A stretch of DNA of 64,000 nt. It comes from an uncultured virus (IMG/VR IMGVR_UViG_3300017771_000002) (Duplodnaviria; Heunggongvirae; Uroviricota; Caudoviricetes). How positions within the stretch are numbered: the first letter of the stretch is position 1; each line of letters begins with the position of its first letter. A program made the translations under genes and the position numbers. Below the pieces are notes generated by a model, which saw nothing but the letters and a program-made list of their open reading frames with translations, made no database searches and was not told the origin of the DNA. This document shows positions 9,375-19,200 of the stretch, one piece after another. The stretch lies in IMG/VR virus record IMGVR_UViG_3300017771_000002; one strand, given 5' to 3'.

Positions 9375-9804
9375 TCCAGAAGACATTGAATTACCCCTTG
9401 AGAAAACTGTTAGTTTTAAAAATGGGGAAGCGGAAGTATCCATCGCTAGTAAGTATAGCGGTTCAGAAGCAGGTTTGTATAAATCTTATATGAGCGTGTG
9501 TGCATCTGATGATAAAGCCCTTACGGACACTGAAGGTATGGACAAAAAGAATACTTATGCTGCTTGTGCTGTTCAGTATGATAAGATGCGAGCTATGATA
9601 ATGGATGATAGCAAAGGAGAGCTTACTGATAAGCAGAAGCAACTTCCACCCGCGCTACAAAAAGTCATCCTCGAAAAGATGAAGAAGGATGGAAAGATCA
9701 GTAAAGAAGACTCTGAGGCTGCTGAAAAGAAACTTTTATCCAAAGACGATGAAAAAGAGTCTGATCCAAAAGGTGAAAAACTGGAGGTTAAGGAGAAAAA
9801 GTAA
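9364..9804 (+). CDS. Hypothetical head-associated protein
   Basis: Lies between portal and protease. Charged, with the motif LTDKQKQLPPALQKVIL. Confidence 0.6.
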   Translation: MKINPEDIELPLEKTVSFKNGEAEVSIASKYSGSEAGLYKSYMSVCASDDKALTDTEGMDKKNTYAACAVQYDKMRAMIMDDSKGELTDKQKQLPPALQKVILEKMKKDGKISKEDSEAAEKKLLSKDDEKESDPKGEKLEVKEKK

Positions 9805-9805
9805 A

Positions 9806-11266
9806 ATGCCTTATAAGTACACAACCACTTTTGAATCTGAAATTTTCGCTCATCAAGTGGATGATGAGTTTGTATCTAAGGCTTCTCTAAGTGAGCTATC
9901 TTCCCTAGTCCCCAAAAATATTGACTTTGAGAAGAATGTAGACCTACTGGGTGTATCATTTAACGCTGCTGTTGTTAATGTGTTTAATAGAAACGGTGAC
10001 GGTATTGATACCGCCACCGCTTTAAAGTATAACGATCAGTTTATACATAAGCCCACTAATATAGAGCATAATAAAGATAAGATTGTGGGGCATATTGTTA
10101 CTGCTGGTTTCAGCGACTACGGCTCTAATAAAATTTTATCTAATAAAGAATTAGAAAATAAGAAAGACCCGTTTAATATAGCGTTAGGCGCTGTGGTTTA
10201 TAAGTCGGCAAATAAACAGTTTGCTCAACTTCTAGAAAGATCAACTGATCCTGAAGACGAATCTTATTATAAAAAAATATCTGCAAGTTGGGAGGTTGGT
10301 TTCTCTAATTATGTTTTGGCTGTAGGAAGCGGTAAGCTTAACGAAGCCACAATCATATCAGACCCTCATAAGATTAAAGAGATGAACGGTTTCTTGAAAG
10401 CTTATGGCGGCTCTGGTAAAACTGATAAAGGTGAACCTATTTATAGATTGATTACTGGAAAGATATATCCGTTGGGTATAGGTTTCACTTCTAATCCAGC
10501 CGCAGATGTAAAAGGTATCTACAAAGATCAAGAAGATAGTGATCGAGATAAATTTTCACAAAAAGATAAAAAAATTGTAACAAAAGAAAATAACATAGCT
10601 ATGGAAAACATTGTTAACGAACTAAAAGACCTTCTTATCGAGAAAAAAATCGGTGAGGAGACTGTAGCTTCCATGACTCAGACTTTTTCAGAGGCGATTC
10701 GTGAAAAGAACGAAGAGTTTTTGAAGGAAGCAGAGGCTCTTAAGAGCGAAAAGGAAGCTGTCAAAAAGGAATACGAAGATCTTAAAGCATCTGTGGATGG
10801 GCTTGAAGCCAAACTCACCGAAGCGAATGATCGGATTAACGTTTTTGAAAATGAGAAAAAGGCTGAAGAAGCTGTCGCTCGTTTCAATGTGCGTATGGAC
10901 GAACTTGATTCTAAGTTCGAACTATCTGATGAAGATCGGCAATTCCTTGCTGAAGAAGTGAAGTCTCTTAACGAGGCTGAAGAAGCGTTCGCTTCTTACT
11001 CTGATAAGCTTGAAGTGCTTTGGAAGCATAAGAGCAAAGCTAATAAAGAAGCTTTCGAGGCTGAAATTCAGGCTCGTATTGATGAGGAAGTTGCTAAGCG
11101 TGTTGCTAATGCTTCGGAAGAAGTTGATGTTGAGCAAGCTCTCGACAACGCGCAACAAGTTGACGCTGACATTTCAAACAATAACGAGGCTGTCGCTTCT
11201 CAAGAAGAGAACCTCGTTGACAAATTTAAAAAAGCGTTCTCTCGCGAGAACATCGAAATTTCTTAA
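9806..11266 (+). CDS. Prohead protease-scaffold fusion
   Basis: N-terminal NRNGD..PTNIEH..IVGHI..SASWEVGF..GIGFTSNPAA protease-like domain and an acidic coiled-coil C-terminus. Start reassigned to ATG 9806, just after the previous stop. Confidence 0.75.
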   Translation: MPYKYTTTFESEIFAHQVDDEFVSKASLSELSSLVPKNIDFEKNVDLLGVSFNAAVVNVFNRNGDGIDTATALKYNDQFIHKPTNIEHNKDKIVGHIVTAGFSDYGSNKILSNKELENKKDPFNIALGAVVYKSANKQFAQLLERSTDPEDESYYKKISASWEVGFSNYVLAVGSGKLNEATIISDPHKIKEMNGFLKAYGGSGKTDKGEPIYRLITGKIYPLGIGFTSNPAADVKGIYKDQEDSDRDKFSQKDKKIVTKENNIAMENIVNELKDLLIEKKIGEETVASMTQTFSEAIREKNEEFLKEAEALKSEKEAVKKEYEDLKASVDGLEAKLTEANDRINVFENEKKAEEAVARFNVRMDELDSKFELSDEDRQFLAEEVKSLNEAEEAFASYSDKLEVLWKHKSKANKEAFEAEIQARIDEEVAKRVANASEEVDVEQALDNAQQVDADISNNNEAVASQEENLVDKFKKAFSRENIEIS

Positions 11267-11286
11267 CTTAAACTAAAAATAATATT

Positions 11287-11910
11287 ATGGGACTTAAAAT
11301 TCTTCCTTTTAGACAATATGACGACCACGATGTCGTTAATCTCTATCGAGTCGCTGACGGCATGGTACTCGATAGCACAACTGGAGCTGGTTCTGGCGAT
11401 GCTGGAACTTTCGTGAAGGTTTCTGCTGGTGACTTCTCTGCTGACCCTGTAGCTTATGGAGCTGACGACTATCTTGGTAAAACTGATTATCCTTTTGTTG
11501 GACGTAATCAGTATCCAAAAGTAAGCCTTCAAGTTTCACCAGTTGAAAGCTCTGACGAACTGCCTCTTGGCATTACTCTTCTTCAGACTGCTAAAGCTGA
11601 CGAAAATGGAGAGAAGCTTCTTTACAATCCTCAAAAAGCTGCTGAGCTTCAGGCCGCTCTCCCCGGACAGGCTGTTCCTATTGCCACTAAGGGTATCTTT
11701 ACTATTTCAGCTGACGCTTTCCAAGGCTCTCTTGGTGGCGATCTTAGTGTTGGAAGTGGTCTTGCGTCTGCTGCTGGTGGAACCGTAACTGGTTGCGACC
11801 CTAATCACGCTAATTGCTTTGGAACCATTCTTGGAACTGGTAGCCGCTCAAGTCAAAACGGTGTTACCGATCAGTTCGGTGGTGAGTACCTTGTCTTTAA
11901 ATTCAACTAA
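11287..11910 (+). CDS. Head decoration/cement-like protein
   Basis: Small Gly/Ala-rich protein between scaffold and major capsid gene, with strongly biased codon use. Confidence 0.6.
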   Translation: MGLKILPFRQYDDHDVVNLYRVADGMVLDSTTGAGSGDAGTFVKVSAGDFSADPVAYGADDYLGKTDYPFVGRNQYPKVSLQVSPVESSDELPLGITLLQTAKADENGEKLLYNPQKAAELQAALPGQAVPIATKGIFTISADAFQGSLGGDLSVGSGLASAAGGTVTGCDPNHANCFGTILGTGSRSSQNGVTDQFGGEYLVFKFN

Positions 11911-11929
11911 TATAGAAAGAATCTAAAAA

Positions 11930-13051
11930 ATGAAAATCACTTTAAAAAGAACTCCAGAACAAATCGAGTTGGTTAAAGCTATGGCTTCCCGTAACCGCAC
12001 TGTCGCTTACGAAGCTCAAGTAGCTCTTGCTGAGTTTATTGGGCCTGTGCTTGCAGAGGTTATCAATCAAGCTCCTACGCTTTCCAGCCTTTTCACTACT
12101 CTTCAGTTTAACGCTGATGACAATCCTTCGATCCCTCTTGATCTCTATCATGATGTCAACGACGAGGATTACATCAAGGTTTACAGCCAGTCTCATGCTG
12201 GTGGTCTTCCTACCAATCAGGTGCTTCCTACTGCATCTGAGATGAAAATCGCTACCTACAGTCTTGATACTGCTGTTAGCTTTGATCGTCGTTACGCTGC
12301 TAAGTCTCGCATGGATGTTGTCTCTAAGACCTTCACCCGTGCCGCTCAGGAAATCCTTGCTAAGCAGGAGACTACCTCTGCTAGCTTGGTTATGGGAGCG
12401 CTTTCTGAGGCTTCAACCAACAGCGTTGATCACGTTTTTGAAAACGGTCACGGTGGCTTGAACTTCGTCCTTGACGACATTAACAAGCTTATGACTAAAG
12501 CTAAGCGTATTCAGGCTTCTTTCCTTGGTGGATCACCTGCTGGTGGAACCGCTAAAGGAATTACTGACCTTATCGTTTCTCCTGAAGTTGTCGAAAAGCT
12601 TCGTGCTATGGCTTACAATCCAATCAATACTGCTGCTGCTCCTCTTGGGTCAGCTGTTAAGACCAGTATTGCTGCTCCTGATGAGCTTCGCATGAGCGTT
12701 TACAACAACGCTGGCCTTCCTGAGTTCTACGGCATTTCCATCATGGAGATCCTTGAGCTTGGAGCAGGTAAGAGGTTCACTAACGTGTTTGATGCTGCTC
12801 AGGCATCTGGCGCTTCTACTGGAGCTGCGTTGTTCACCACTAACGACGATCTCGTTGTTGGTATCGACCGCTCCCGTGAGTCCCTTATCCGCGCTGTTGC
12901 TGTTGATGAAGATTCTGGTGGTGAGTTTAACCTCATCGCTGATGATCAGTACAGCATTCGCCAACAGAAGATTGGATACTTCGGATCGCTTGAAGAGGGC
13001 CGTATGGTTCTTGACAATCGCGCTCTTGTCGGATGTATCGTTTCTGCTTAA
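11930..13051 (+). CDS. Major capsid protein
   Basis: 373 aa, located after protease/scaffold/decoration genes, high-expression codon bias, followed by a strong terminator. Confidence 0.82.
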   Translation: MKITLKRTPEQIELVKAMASRNRTVAYEAQVALAEFIGPVLAEVINQAPTLSSLFTTLQFNADDNPSIPLDLYHDVNDEDYIKVYSQSHAGGLPTNQVLPTASEMKIATYSLDTAVSFDRRYAAKSRMDVVSKTFTRAAQEILAKQETTSASLVMGALSEASTNSVDHVFENGHGGLNFVLDDINKLMTKAKRIQASFLGGSPAGGTAKGITDLIVSPEVVEKLRAMAYNPINTAAAPLGSAVKTSIAAPDELRMSVYNNAGLPEFYGISIMEILELGAGKRFTNVFDAAQASGASTGAALFTTNDDLVVGIDRSRESLIRAVAVDEDSGGEFNLIADDQYSIRQQKIGYFGSLEEGRMVLDNRALVGCIVSA

Positions 13052-13067
13052 TAGCAAATTCTACATT

Positions 13068-13101
13068 AAGAGTCGCTCCTTCGGGGGCGGCTCTTTTTTT
13101 T
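13068..13101 (+). terminator. Rho-independent terminator after the capsid gene
   Basis: AAGAGTCGCTCC-TTCG-GGGGCGGCTCTT hairpin followed by a T-run. Confidence 0.9.
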
Positions 13102-13134
13102 GTTTATTTTTTTATATATTGTGTATAATAATGT

Positions 13135-13491
13135 ATGGACAACTTTGAAAACGTATCATTCGGTAACGGCCAGAACAATTATTTTGGCGCAGAAACCACA
13201 GCTGAGCTTACTGAGAAGCTTGGTTCTTACGGGAAATCGGAACTTAGAGGTTTAGCTTCTAAGGTTGGACTGAATCCAAATCACCCAACTAGAACTTTAA
13301 AGGATATGATCATTAAAGAGTTTAGATCTTACAAAGCTAAAAACTCACCTATCCCCGCTCCAAAGCCGATGTTTTCTGAAGCTTCTGAAGAGATTCAAGA
13401 TATGATTAAGTCCGTTGGCAAAGTTAATGCTGACGAAAAAGTCAAAAAGAAATGGTCTAAAAAGAAGAACTCCAAGAAAAAAGATAATTAA
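13135..13491 (+). CDS. Hypothetical protein (small helical domain, basic tail)
   Basis: ORF with GTGTAT motif 8 nt upstream. Confidence 0.65.
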   Translation: MDNFENVSFGNGQNNYFGAETTAELTEKLGSYGKSELRGLASKVGLNPNHPTRTLKDMIIKEFRSYKAKNSPIPAPKPMFSEASEEIQDMIKSVGKVNADEKVKKKWSKKKNSKKKDN

Positions 13492-13507
13492 TAGTGTAAC
13501 ATAAGGC

Positions 13508-13975
13508 ATGAGTGTAATTAGCGATTTAGCCTCCGATATCTTTACGGACGAATTTGATAGTGATACAGGTATTGCTACATCAGGTTCTATTCAAGCTTGG
13601 TTAGAAAATAACTTGGGCGAACTGAATAACTTAATCTATAAAGATTTTAGTGGCGCGAGCGCTGATCTAGACACTGAGGCTCAGTCTATCCATAAGGAGC
13701 TTTATTTACATAGTTATTATAGAAAGCAGTCTAGGAATGCGTTAAGGGGAATATCTTCTTCAACAAGCGATAACAAGATACTATCTTTAAAGGACGGAGA
13801 ATCGTCTGTGACGTTCGTTAACCGTAATGAGGTGTCTAAGGTCTACAGAGGGCTTGCAAACGATTCTAAGGGTAAACTAGACGATTTGGTGGCGCGTTAC
13901 AACATTTATGAGGCCAAGCCTCAACAGGTGGGTGGTATTGAGGGGGAGATTTTTACTGGAAGTGTCGATACTTAA
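13508..13975 (+). CDS. Putative head-tail adaptor
   Basis: Size and position after the capsid gene, SLKDGESSVTF beta-hairpin, GTGTAA 8 nt upstream. Confidence 0.55.
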   Translation: MSVISDLASDIFTDEFDSDTGIATSGSIQAWLENNLGELNNLIYKDFSGASADLDTEAQSIHKELYLHSYYRKQSRNALRGISSSTSDNKILSLKDGESSVTFVNRNEVSKVYRGLANDSKGKLDDLVARYNIYEAKPQQVGGIEGEIFTGSVDT

Positions 13976-13996
13976 TATAAAATAAACATTATAAAT

Positions 13997-14033
13997 AAAA
14001 AAAAGGGCGGTATTTCTACCGCCCTTTTTATTT
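13997..14033. terminator. Bidirectional terminator between convergent structural operons
   Basis: AAAAAGGGCGGTA-TTTC-TACCGCCCTTTTT. Confidence 0.9.
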
Positions 14034-14048
14034 GAGGTTTTAGGGTTT

Positions 14049-15185
14049 TTAAGAGCCAGCGAATGGAACTGCTCCAATCTTACTGGCTGTAAGGAATATT
14101 CCATTAGTTGTATCGTTGTTTCCTCCAATTTGAGTAGAGAAGGTTAAATCGACAGTCTTATTCGATCCAATGCTGGAAGAGAAGCTTTCACTGTCTATTT
14201 TGCAACCTTTGAGTTCATACTTCAATGCATCTTCGGATGCGGTATTTTTCAAAGTGAGAGATACGTTAAACTCACTACCATCATCCATGAGTTCCGAAAG
14301 GTTACGAGCGTTGACTTCATTCAGAATAGCGTTTACGCTTAATGTTGCGTTAACTGGGAAATCAACAGTTCTAGCATAAGCGAAACGAGTTCCAAGTCTT
14401 TGAATTGGCGAGCGGCCAAGTGGGAGACTCAAAGAAGCGCTTTGAATGTGGATGGAATCATCTACATCAGCCCCGCTAATATTCGAAAACGCTAAGCCGT
14501 TTATAGTGGAAATGTCAACTGTAATGTCCCCGGGTCGAAGAGCTGAAATAAGATCAGATTCTCCAGAGGGGTTAGCTATTGGTAATTTAGCAGTACCAGT
14601 GATCACAGAGCCGTCAGTGATGTCTACAGAGGGTAAGGCAATACCACTAATTGGAGAGCCAACCCCGCTAACAGTCGCGGAACCTCCTTCGCCGACACTT
14701 GAATTAATATTAGAGCATTCCATAGAGACAGAAACAGTAGGTAAGCTACCAACTGAAAGATCTAGACTGTAATCAGTAAGGAATGCATTACCCAAACCAA
14801 TAACAGAATTTATATCATCTCCCTGTGTATTAACTGCATCTGAGCCGTCAGCAACAGTGCTAATGTAGAAGTTCTTACCAGAGGTAGAAACTAAGTGTCC
14901 TGAAGCAAATTGAACTGCTGCTCCAGTGCCGAAACCTAAAGCTGCTTCATTGAAGCCGTCTGTTGGATAATAAGTGAAATCCAAACCAACAGTAGGAGCA
15001 TCCATGACAATAGAGTCGATGCGAGCGAGTTGCCCGAATTCGTTGACATCCTGCCTGTTAATTGTGAAGTTATAGTTCGCGCTTTGAACTCGCGTAAGTT
15101 GTTCATGCCCATTTTCGCTACTAGAACCTGCGTTCTCACTGACGTAAAGGGCTTCCGATTGATAAATTACTCTATTTCTGGCCAT
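14049..15185 (-). CDS. Major tail tube protein
   Basis: Beta-rich, S/T/G-rich 378 aa protein following neck genes (RVQSANYNFTINRQDVNEFG). Clear paralog at 28142-29218. Confidence 0.7.
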   Translation of the reverse strand: MARNRVIYQSEALYVSENAGSSSENGHEQLTRVQSANYNFTINRQDVNEFGQLARIDSIVMDAPTVGLDFTYYPTDGFNEAALGFGTGAAVQFASGHLVSTSGKNFYISTVADGSDAVNTQGDDINSVIGLGNAFLTDYSLDLSVGSLPTVSVSMECSNINSSVGEGGSATVSGVGSPISGIALPSVDITDGSVITGTAKLPIANPSGESDLISALRPGDITVDISTINGLAFSNISGADVDDSIHIQSASLSLPLGRSPIQRLGTRFAYARTVDFPVNATLSVNAILNEVNARNLSELMDDGSEFNVSLTLKNTASEDALKYELKGCKIDSESFSSSIGSNKTVDLTFSTQIGGNNDTTNGIFLTASKIGAVPFAGS

Positions 15186-15232
15186 AATAAGTTATTTTTT
15201 AATGTTTACAATATTTTTGATGTTTTATGAAA

Positions 15233-16063
15233 TTAAGAAAATCTAAATCTATATACCTCTATGTCAAAATCAATAAATCCGACATAAAGATCATTAGCTA
15301 AAGACTTCCTTGCTTTGTCTGTTAGTTTTGAAGTAGTTACAGTATCTACTAAAAAAGGTTTGTTGTTGCTATACTCGCTAGATAGCGTATCGTAGGAATA
15401 TGTACCGTCTTTTAGGTCTCCATATTCGTTGTTAGGATGCCCACTCATAGGTATTGGATAGAATACCTCGTTGTGAGAATCTCCGAAAATTGATAAGACT
15501 CCATCTAATTTGTACGGGTCGTCTGAGAGGGTTACAGCATTTACACGAACTTTGGTACATTCTTCTCCCCCAAATGCAAAAGGCTCATTCTTCATTGTGG
15601 CTGTAGAGAGAAAAATCGCTGGTACAACTTGATCATACGGAGCTATGCCAGATTCATTGTATGTTGGGATTCTGGAATTAAGTTCATATTTGTTTTCTAC
15701 AACTAGATCTTCTTCTGTTTCGTTTGTGAAGTAGATGTTAAAGTCTTTAACTGCAAAAGTTCCTGTGATTGTAGAGCTTGATGTATAGTTAGATCCTGTT
15801 TCTACAATACGACCATTATCATAGTCAATATAGTGAGAATTTCCTGCAATGCCTGTTGGTAGGGTTGCTCCTACAATTGATGAATCAGTCACGAATTGTT
15901 TGTAGGGGCTAGAAAATGGAACGTAAGAATCGTCTAAAAAATTATCTGGGGTGTGATAGAAAGCGCCTGTTTGATTTGAAAATGCCTCGCCTTTTTTCAA
16001 CAAAAAATTATCAAACCAAAGAATAAACGAATTGGTAAGCGTATGTATAAATTGCTCTTTCAT
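15233..16063 (-). CDS. Putative tail terminator/neck protein
   Basis: Immediately upstream of the tail tube gene, with VPAIFLS...PFAFGG segment. Confidence 0.5.
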   Translation of the reverse strand: MKEQFIHTLTNSFILWFDNFLLKKGEAFSNQTGAFYHTPDNFLDDSYVPFSSPYKQFVTDSSIVGATLPTGIAGNSHYIDYDNGRIVETGSNYTSSSTITGTFAVKDFNIYFTNETEEDLVVENKYELNSRIPTYNESGIAPYDQVVPAIFLSTATMKNEPFAFGGEECTKVRVNAVTLSDDPYKLDGVLSIFGDSHNEVFYPIPMSGHPNNEYGDLKDGTYSYDTLSSEYSNNKPFLVDTVTTSKLTDKARKSLANDLYVGFIDFDIEVYRFRFS

Positions 16064-16632
16064 TTGATGTTGTTAAATTGTTTTTTATATTTATTAATCA
16101 AAGTGGAAATGTATTGGGTATTTTGAAACCCTCCAGACCTCACTTTGGTTTTTGATTGTACAGCTTTGCCTGAGCGCCCCTTCTCTTTTCTGAGTAAGTA
16201 GCCAAGTCCCGATATACCCGTCTCTATTCCTTGCGCCCAACTCCTTCCTGAAGCCCACGGCAATGGGGTCGCTTTGAAAATGTCTGAGGCTTCAGGGATA
16301 GTAACATTATATGTTACACCAATTTTAGCTTCTCCTGCATAATTATAATTCATGTTTTCCAGCATTTGGAGTATAGGCTCTATAGGCTTATCCGAAGAGT
16401 CGAATCCGATAAAAGCAAAAAGATTGGAGATCCCACCTAAAGTCCCACTAATATTGCTGCTGCTTGGTCCAGCTATCAGCTCAATGGTTACTGGATGACT
16501 AAGGAATTCTTTAATCATCTCAGACTTAATTTTAAGAAACTTCTTCTTAAACTCTTTTTCAAATGGTCTTTTTAAAGCTTTTGGGGCTTGTTTTTGTATA
16601 GCCATTTGGACATCTCTAGGTAGACCAGCCAT
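16060..16632 (-). CDS. Putative neck/tail completion protein
   Basis: Basic 190-aa protein in canonical neck gene order. 4-nt overlap with the next gene. Confidence 0.5.
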   Translation of the reverse strand: MAGLPRDVQMAIQKQAPKALKRPFEKEFKKKFLKIKSEMIKEFLSHPVTIELIAGPSSSNISGTLGGISNLFAFIGFDSSDKPIEPILQMLENMNYNYAGEAKIGVTYNVTIPEASDIFKATPLPWASGRSWAQGIETGISGLGYLLRKEKGRSGKAVQSKTKVRSGGFQNTQYISTLINKYKKQFNNIK

Positions 16633-17096
16633 TATTCGTCAGTTGGAGTGAGTAAAAAAGTATAAAATTTATTTGTGGTTAATCCACGGGGAGAGCCATC
16701 ACTTTTGATTGCAAATCTAATTCCGTCTAACTCAACCCTTCTAGCTTCCTGCAAAAACTCATAAGCATCACTTTTTACAACAATTTTTACGGAGCCGTTT
16801 GGTAGGATAATTTTGTTTTGAGTTCCTTGTTGGTTTTCATTATTAGATAAATAATCTTCATCCATATTGACATAATAAACTCTAGCATCAAAAGTTTGGG
16901 ATTCTGTGGTATATTGCACATTTGATTTAGAGCCTGTGTTCGTCCTACCATAAATACTGTTATATTTAGCGTTTGTAGAGATCACAGTTCTTTTAGAATT
17001 CTTAAAGACGGTGATAGTTCGTGCGAAAGTTTCATGCAATGTATCATACGTTGCATTAATCGCAGACTCCATATTAGAAGATAAAAAACCAGCCAT
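16632..17096 (-). CDS. Putative head closure/stopper protein
   Basis: Start reassigned to ATG 17096 (MAGFLSS), 8 nt after GTGTAA. Beta-rich, first gene of the neck operon. Confidence 0.55.
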   Translation of the reverse strand: MAGFLSSNMESAINATYDTLHETFARTITVFKNSKRTVISTNAKYNSIYGRTNTGSKSNVQYTTESQTFDARVYYVNMDEDYLSNNENQQGTQNKIILPNGSVKIVVKSDAYEFLQEARRVELDGIRFAIKSDGSPRGLTTNKFYTFLLTPTDE

Positions 17097-17139
17097 GTAG
17101 ATAATTACACATTTTTTGTTATAATAACTAGGATAAAGG

Positions 17140-17427
17140 ATGAATGCGAAAAAAAATTTAAATAGAAAGTCTGTAGATGAAGTATCTTCATTGTTCAAGA
17201 TGATGTTAATTATGGTGGAAGACATGAAGAAAGATCATGATTTTCACTATGAGAAGCTATATGAAGGTATCCCAGAAAAATATCACCCAATAATCAAAGC
17301 GGCTGATCACTTCACCCCAGATAAAGTTTCGTGGATTAGGAAGAGAATTTTGGACTTTGGCAACGAAAGTTTGCGTAATGTGCAAAATGAAATAGAAAAT
17401 TACAAAGTTGAATTTATATTTAAGTAG
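17140..17427 (+). CDS. Hypothetical protein
   Basis: ORF with extended -10 TGtTATAAT at 17117-17125. Confidence 0.65.
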   Translation: MNAKKNLNRKSVDEVSSLFKMMLIMVEDMKKDHDFHYEKLYEGIPEKYHPIIKAADHFTPDKVSWIRKRILDFGNESLRNVQNEIENYKVEFIFK

Positions 17428-17431
17428 GAAT

Positions 17432-18187
17432 ATGGAATTAAAATTACTATATCAATTCACAGTTGATGAAATCAAAGAGGTAGAAAAAGAATCCTCTAGG
17501 AAAAACAAAAAGACTGGTGAAGTTACGATTACTAAGAAAAAGGTAAAGGAAAAAGTACCTCTTGAGGTAAAAATCAAGAAGCCTTCTCGTCGCGAGTTGG
17601 AAGATGCTGAGCTTCAATACACTATCGAAATGAGTAAGTGTATTAAGCAGGGTATCCTCACAAAAGCAATGCTTGCAAAAAAATATAGCGATACTGGAGG
17701 AGCTTTTACTGAAGAGGGGGAAAAAGAGTATGGCAAGCTATACAAGCAGATTTTAGAGTTTCAGAATGAATATATCAAACTTGACTCAGCCACCAAACTT
17801 GACGCAAAGCAGAAAAAAAGGCTTGAATTCCTTAAGGAAGAGATCGCCAGAGTCAAAAGAGAGTTGGTTGAAGTAGAGACGAATCTACAAGGTTTATTTG
17901 AACATACTGCTGATGTTAAAGCTCAAAACAAACTCTTACTGTGGTACGCTCTTCATTTAACTTATATCCAAAAGGAAGAAGATGAAGAGCCTATCCAGTA
18001 TTTCAAAGGTTCTGATTATGACGAAAAGCTTGAGGATTATTATGATAAGGAGGAAGAAAACTCCGATGTTTATCAGCAGGTTATCAAACAAGTTTCTACC
18101 ACACTAGCTTTTTGGTTTTACAACCAAGCTTCCTCACAAAAGGAGTTTGAGGAAATCATGGAAAAAGTAGATAAGGGTGAGTTATAG
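17432..18187 (+). CDS. Hypothetical coiled-coil protein, possible tail assembly chaperone
   Basis: Charged helical protein between tail tube and TMP genes. ATG at 17432. Confidence 0.5.
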   Translation: MELKLLYQFTVDEIKEVEKESSRKNKKTGEVTITKKKVKEKVPLEVKIKKPSRRELEDAELQYTIEMSKCIKQGILTKAMLAKKYSDTGGAFTEEGEKEYGKLYKQILEFQNEYIKLDSATKLDAKQKKRLEFLKEEIARVKRELVEVETNLQGLFEHTADVKAQNKLLLWYALHLTYIQKEEDEEPIQYFKGSDYDEKLEDYYDKEEENSDVYQQVIKQVSTTLAFWFYNQASSQKEFEEIMEKVDKGEL

Positions 18188-19166
18188 TGACGAATTTTAT
18201 ACCTCCCTTATAGGGGAGATATTTGACGGATACAGCGTCTCGACCTTTGAAGGTCGGGACGTATTCGTTAAACACATAAACATAAGAGACCAGAAGTATA
18301 TACATTCTTATTACGAAAAGTATAAGAATATTGCTTTATCTAAAGGTATTGAGTCTCAAGAAGACAGGGAGGCTTACATCAAGCAAGAGGACTTGTGGGA
18401 GGAGTCTGACGATATGAAGATACTGTCTCTCACAGAAGAAATTAAAAATCTTAAAAAGACAAAAGAATCTGTATTCTTACCCTCACAAAAAGACTCTTTT
18501 CAAAAGACTATCGAAGAGAAGTCTGTTGAGCTGTACGATTTAAGCAAAAGCAAAGCTGAGATAATTGGTTTAACCGCAGACAGTTACGCCTCCAAAAGAT
18601 CTAATGATGAAATGCTTAGATTTTGCCTTTTTAAAGACCCCGACTTTACTGAAAATTTACATACCGAAGATGAATTTTCGGAACTTGAAGTTCGCCAAGT
18701 AATGTTATTAAGTGCTATCGTGACAGAATCCTCTGATAAAATGTGTGAGGATAATATTAAGCATGCTGTTTTGAGGCCATTTTTCGGTATGTATATTTCT
18801 AACTGCGAGAATCCTAGCGATTTTTATGGAAAACCTATAGTTGATCTCTCCGCTTATCAAATGAAAGTTGCTATGTATGGTAAGGTGTTTAATAGTATTT
18901 TTCAATACACCCAAGATATTCCAGATAACATCAGGGAAGATCCAGATAAATTGCTAGCTTACTCAGAAAGTCAGAGAAATAAAGATTCTAATAAAGGAGG
19001 AATAAAAGACGATGCGGATGCTTCAGCCGTATTTGGGGCGACTAATGAAGACATGAAGGATCTAACTAAAGATGCCAAGACTGTTTCTTTATCAGAAGCC
19101 GCTAAAAAAGCTGGCGGTAAGTTAGACATGAAACAAATGATGAGATTAGCAGGTCATGATGTGTAA
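18177..19166 (+). CDS. Hypothetical protein, possible tail assembly chaperone
   Basis: Directly upstream of the TMP gene. GTG start overlaps the previous ORF. Confidence 0.5.
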   Translation: MSYSDEFYTSLIGEIFDGYSVSTFEGRDVFVKHINIRDQKYIHSYYEKYKNIALSKGIESQEDREAYIKQEDLWEESDDMKILSLTEEIKNLKKTKESVFLPSQKDSFQKTIEEKSVELYDLSKSKAEIIGLTADSYASKRSNDEMLRFCLFKDPDFTENLHTEDEFSELEVRQVMLLSAIVTESSDKMCEDNIKHAVLRPFFGMYISNCENPSDFYGKPIVDLSAYQMKVAMYGKVFNSIFQYTQDIPDNIREDPDKLLAYSESQRNKDSNKGGIKDDADASAVFGATNEDMKDLTKDAKTVSLSEAAKKAGGKLDMKQMMRLAGHDV

Positions 19167-19200
19167 TATTAGTGTATATACACACTAAAGGAACAAGATT

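Noticed and set aside
9689..9805. N-terminal extensions of ORF-track calls (9689, 17225, 17408, 34863, 39011, 58605, 62060)
   Set aside because: They overlap upstream genes or promoter motifs. Downstream ATGs fit the coupling or promoter geometry better.
18150..18190. Possible programmed -1 frameshift between putative tail chaperones
   Set aside because: The downstream ORF is in the +1 frame and has an in-frame TAG at 18168-18170 just upstream of its GTG. No usable canonical slippery heptamer.
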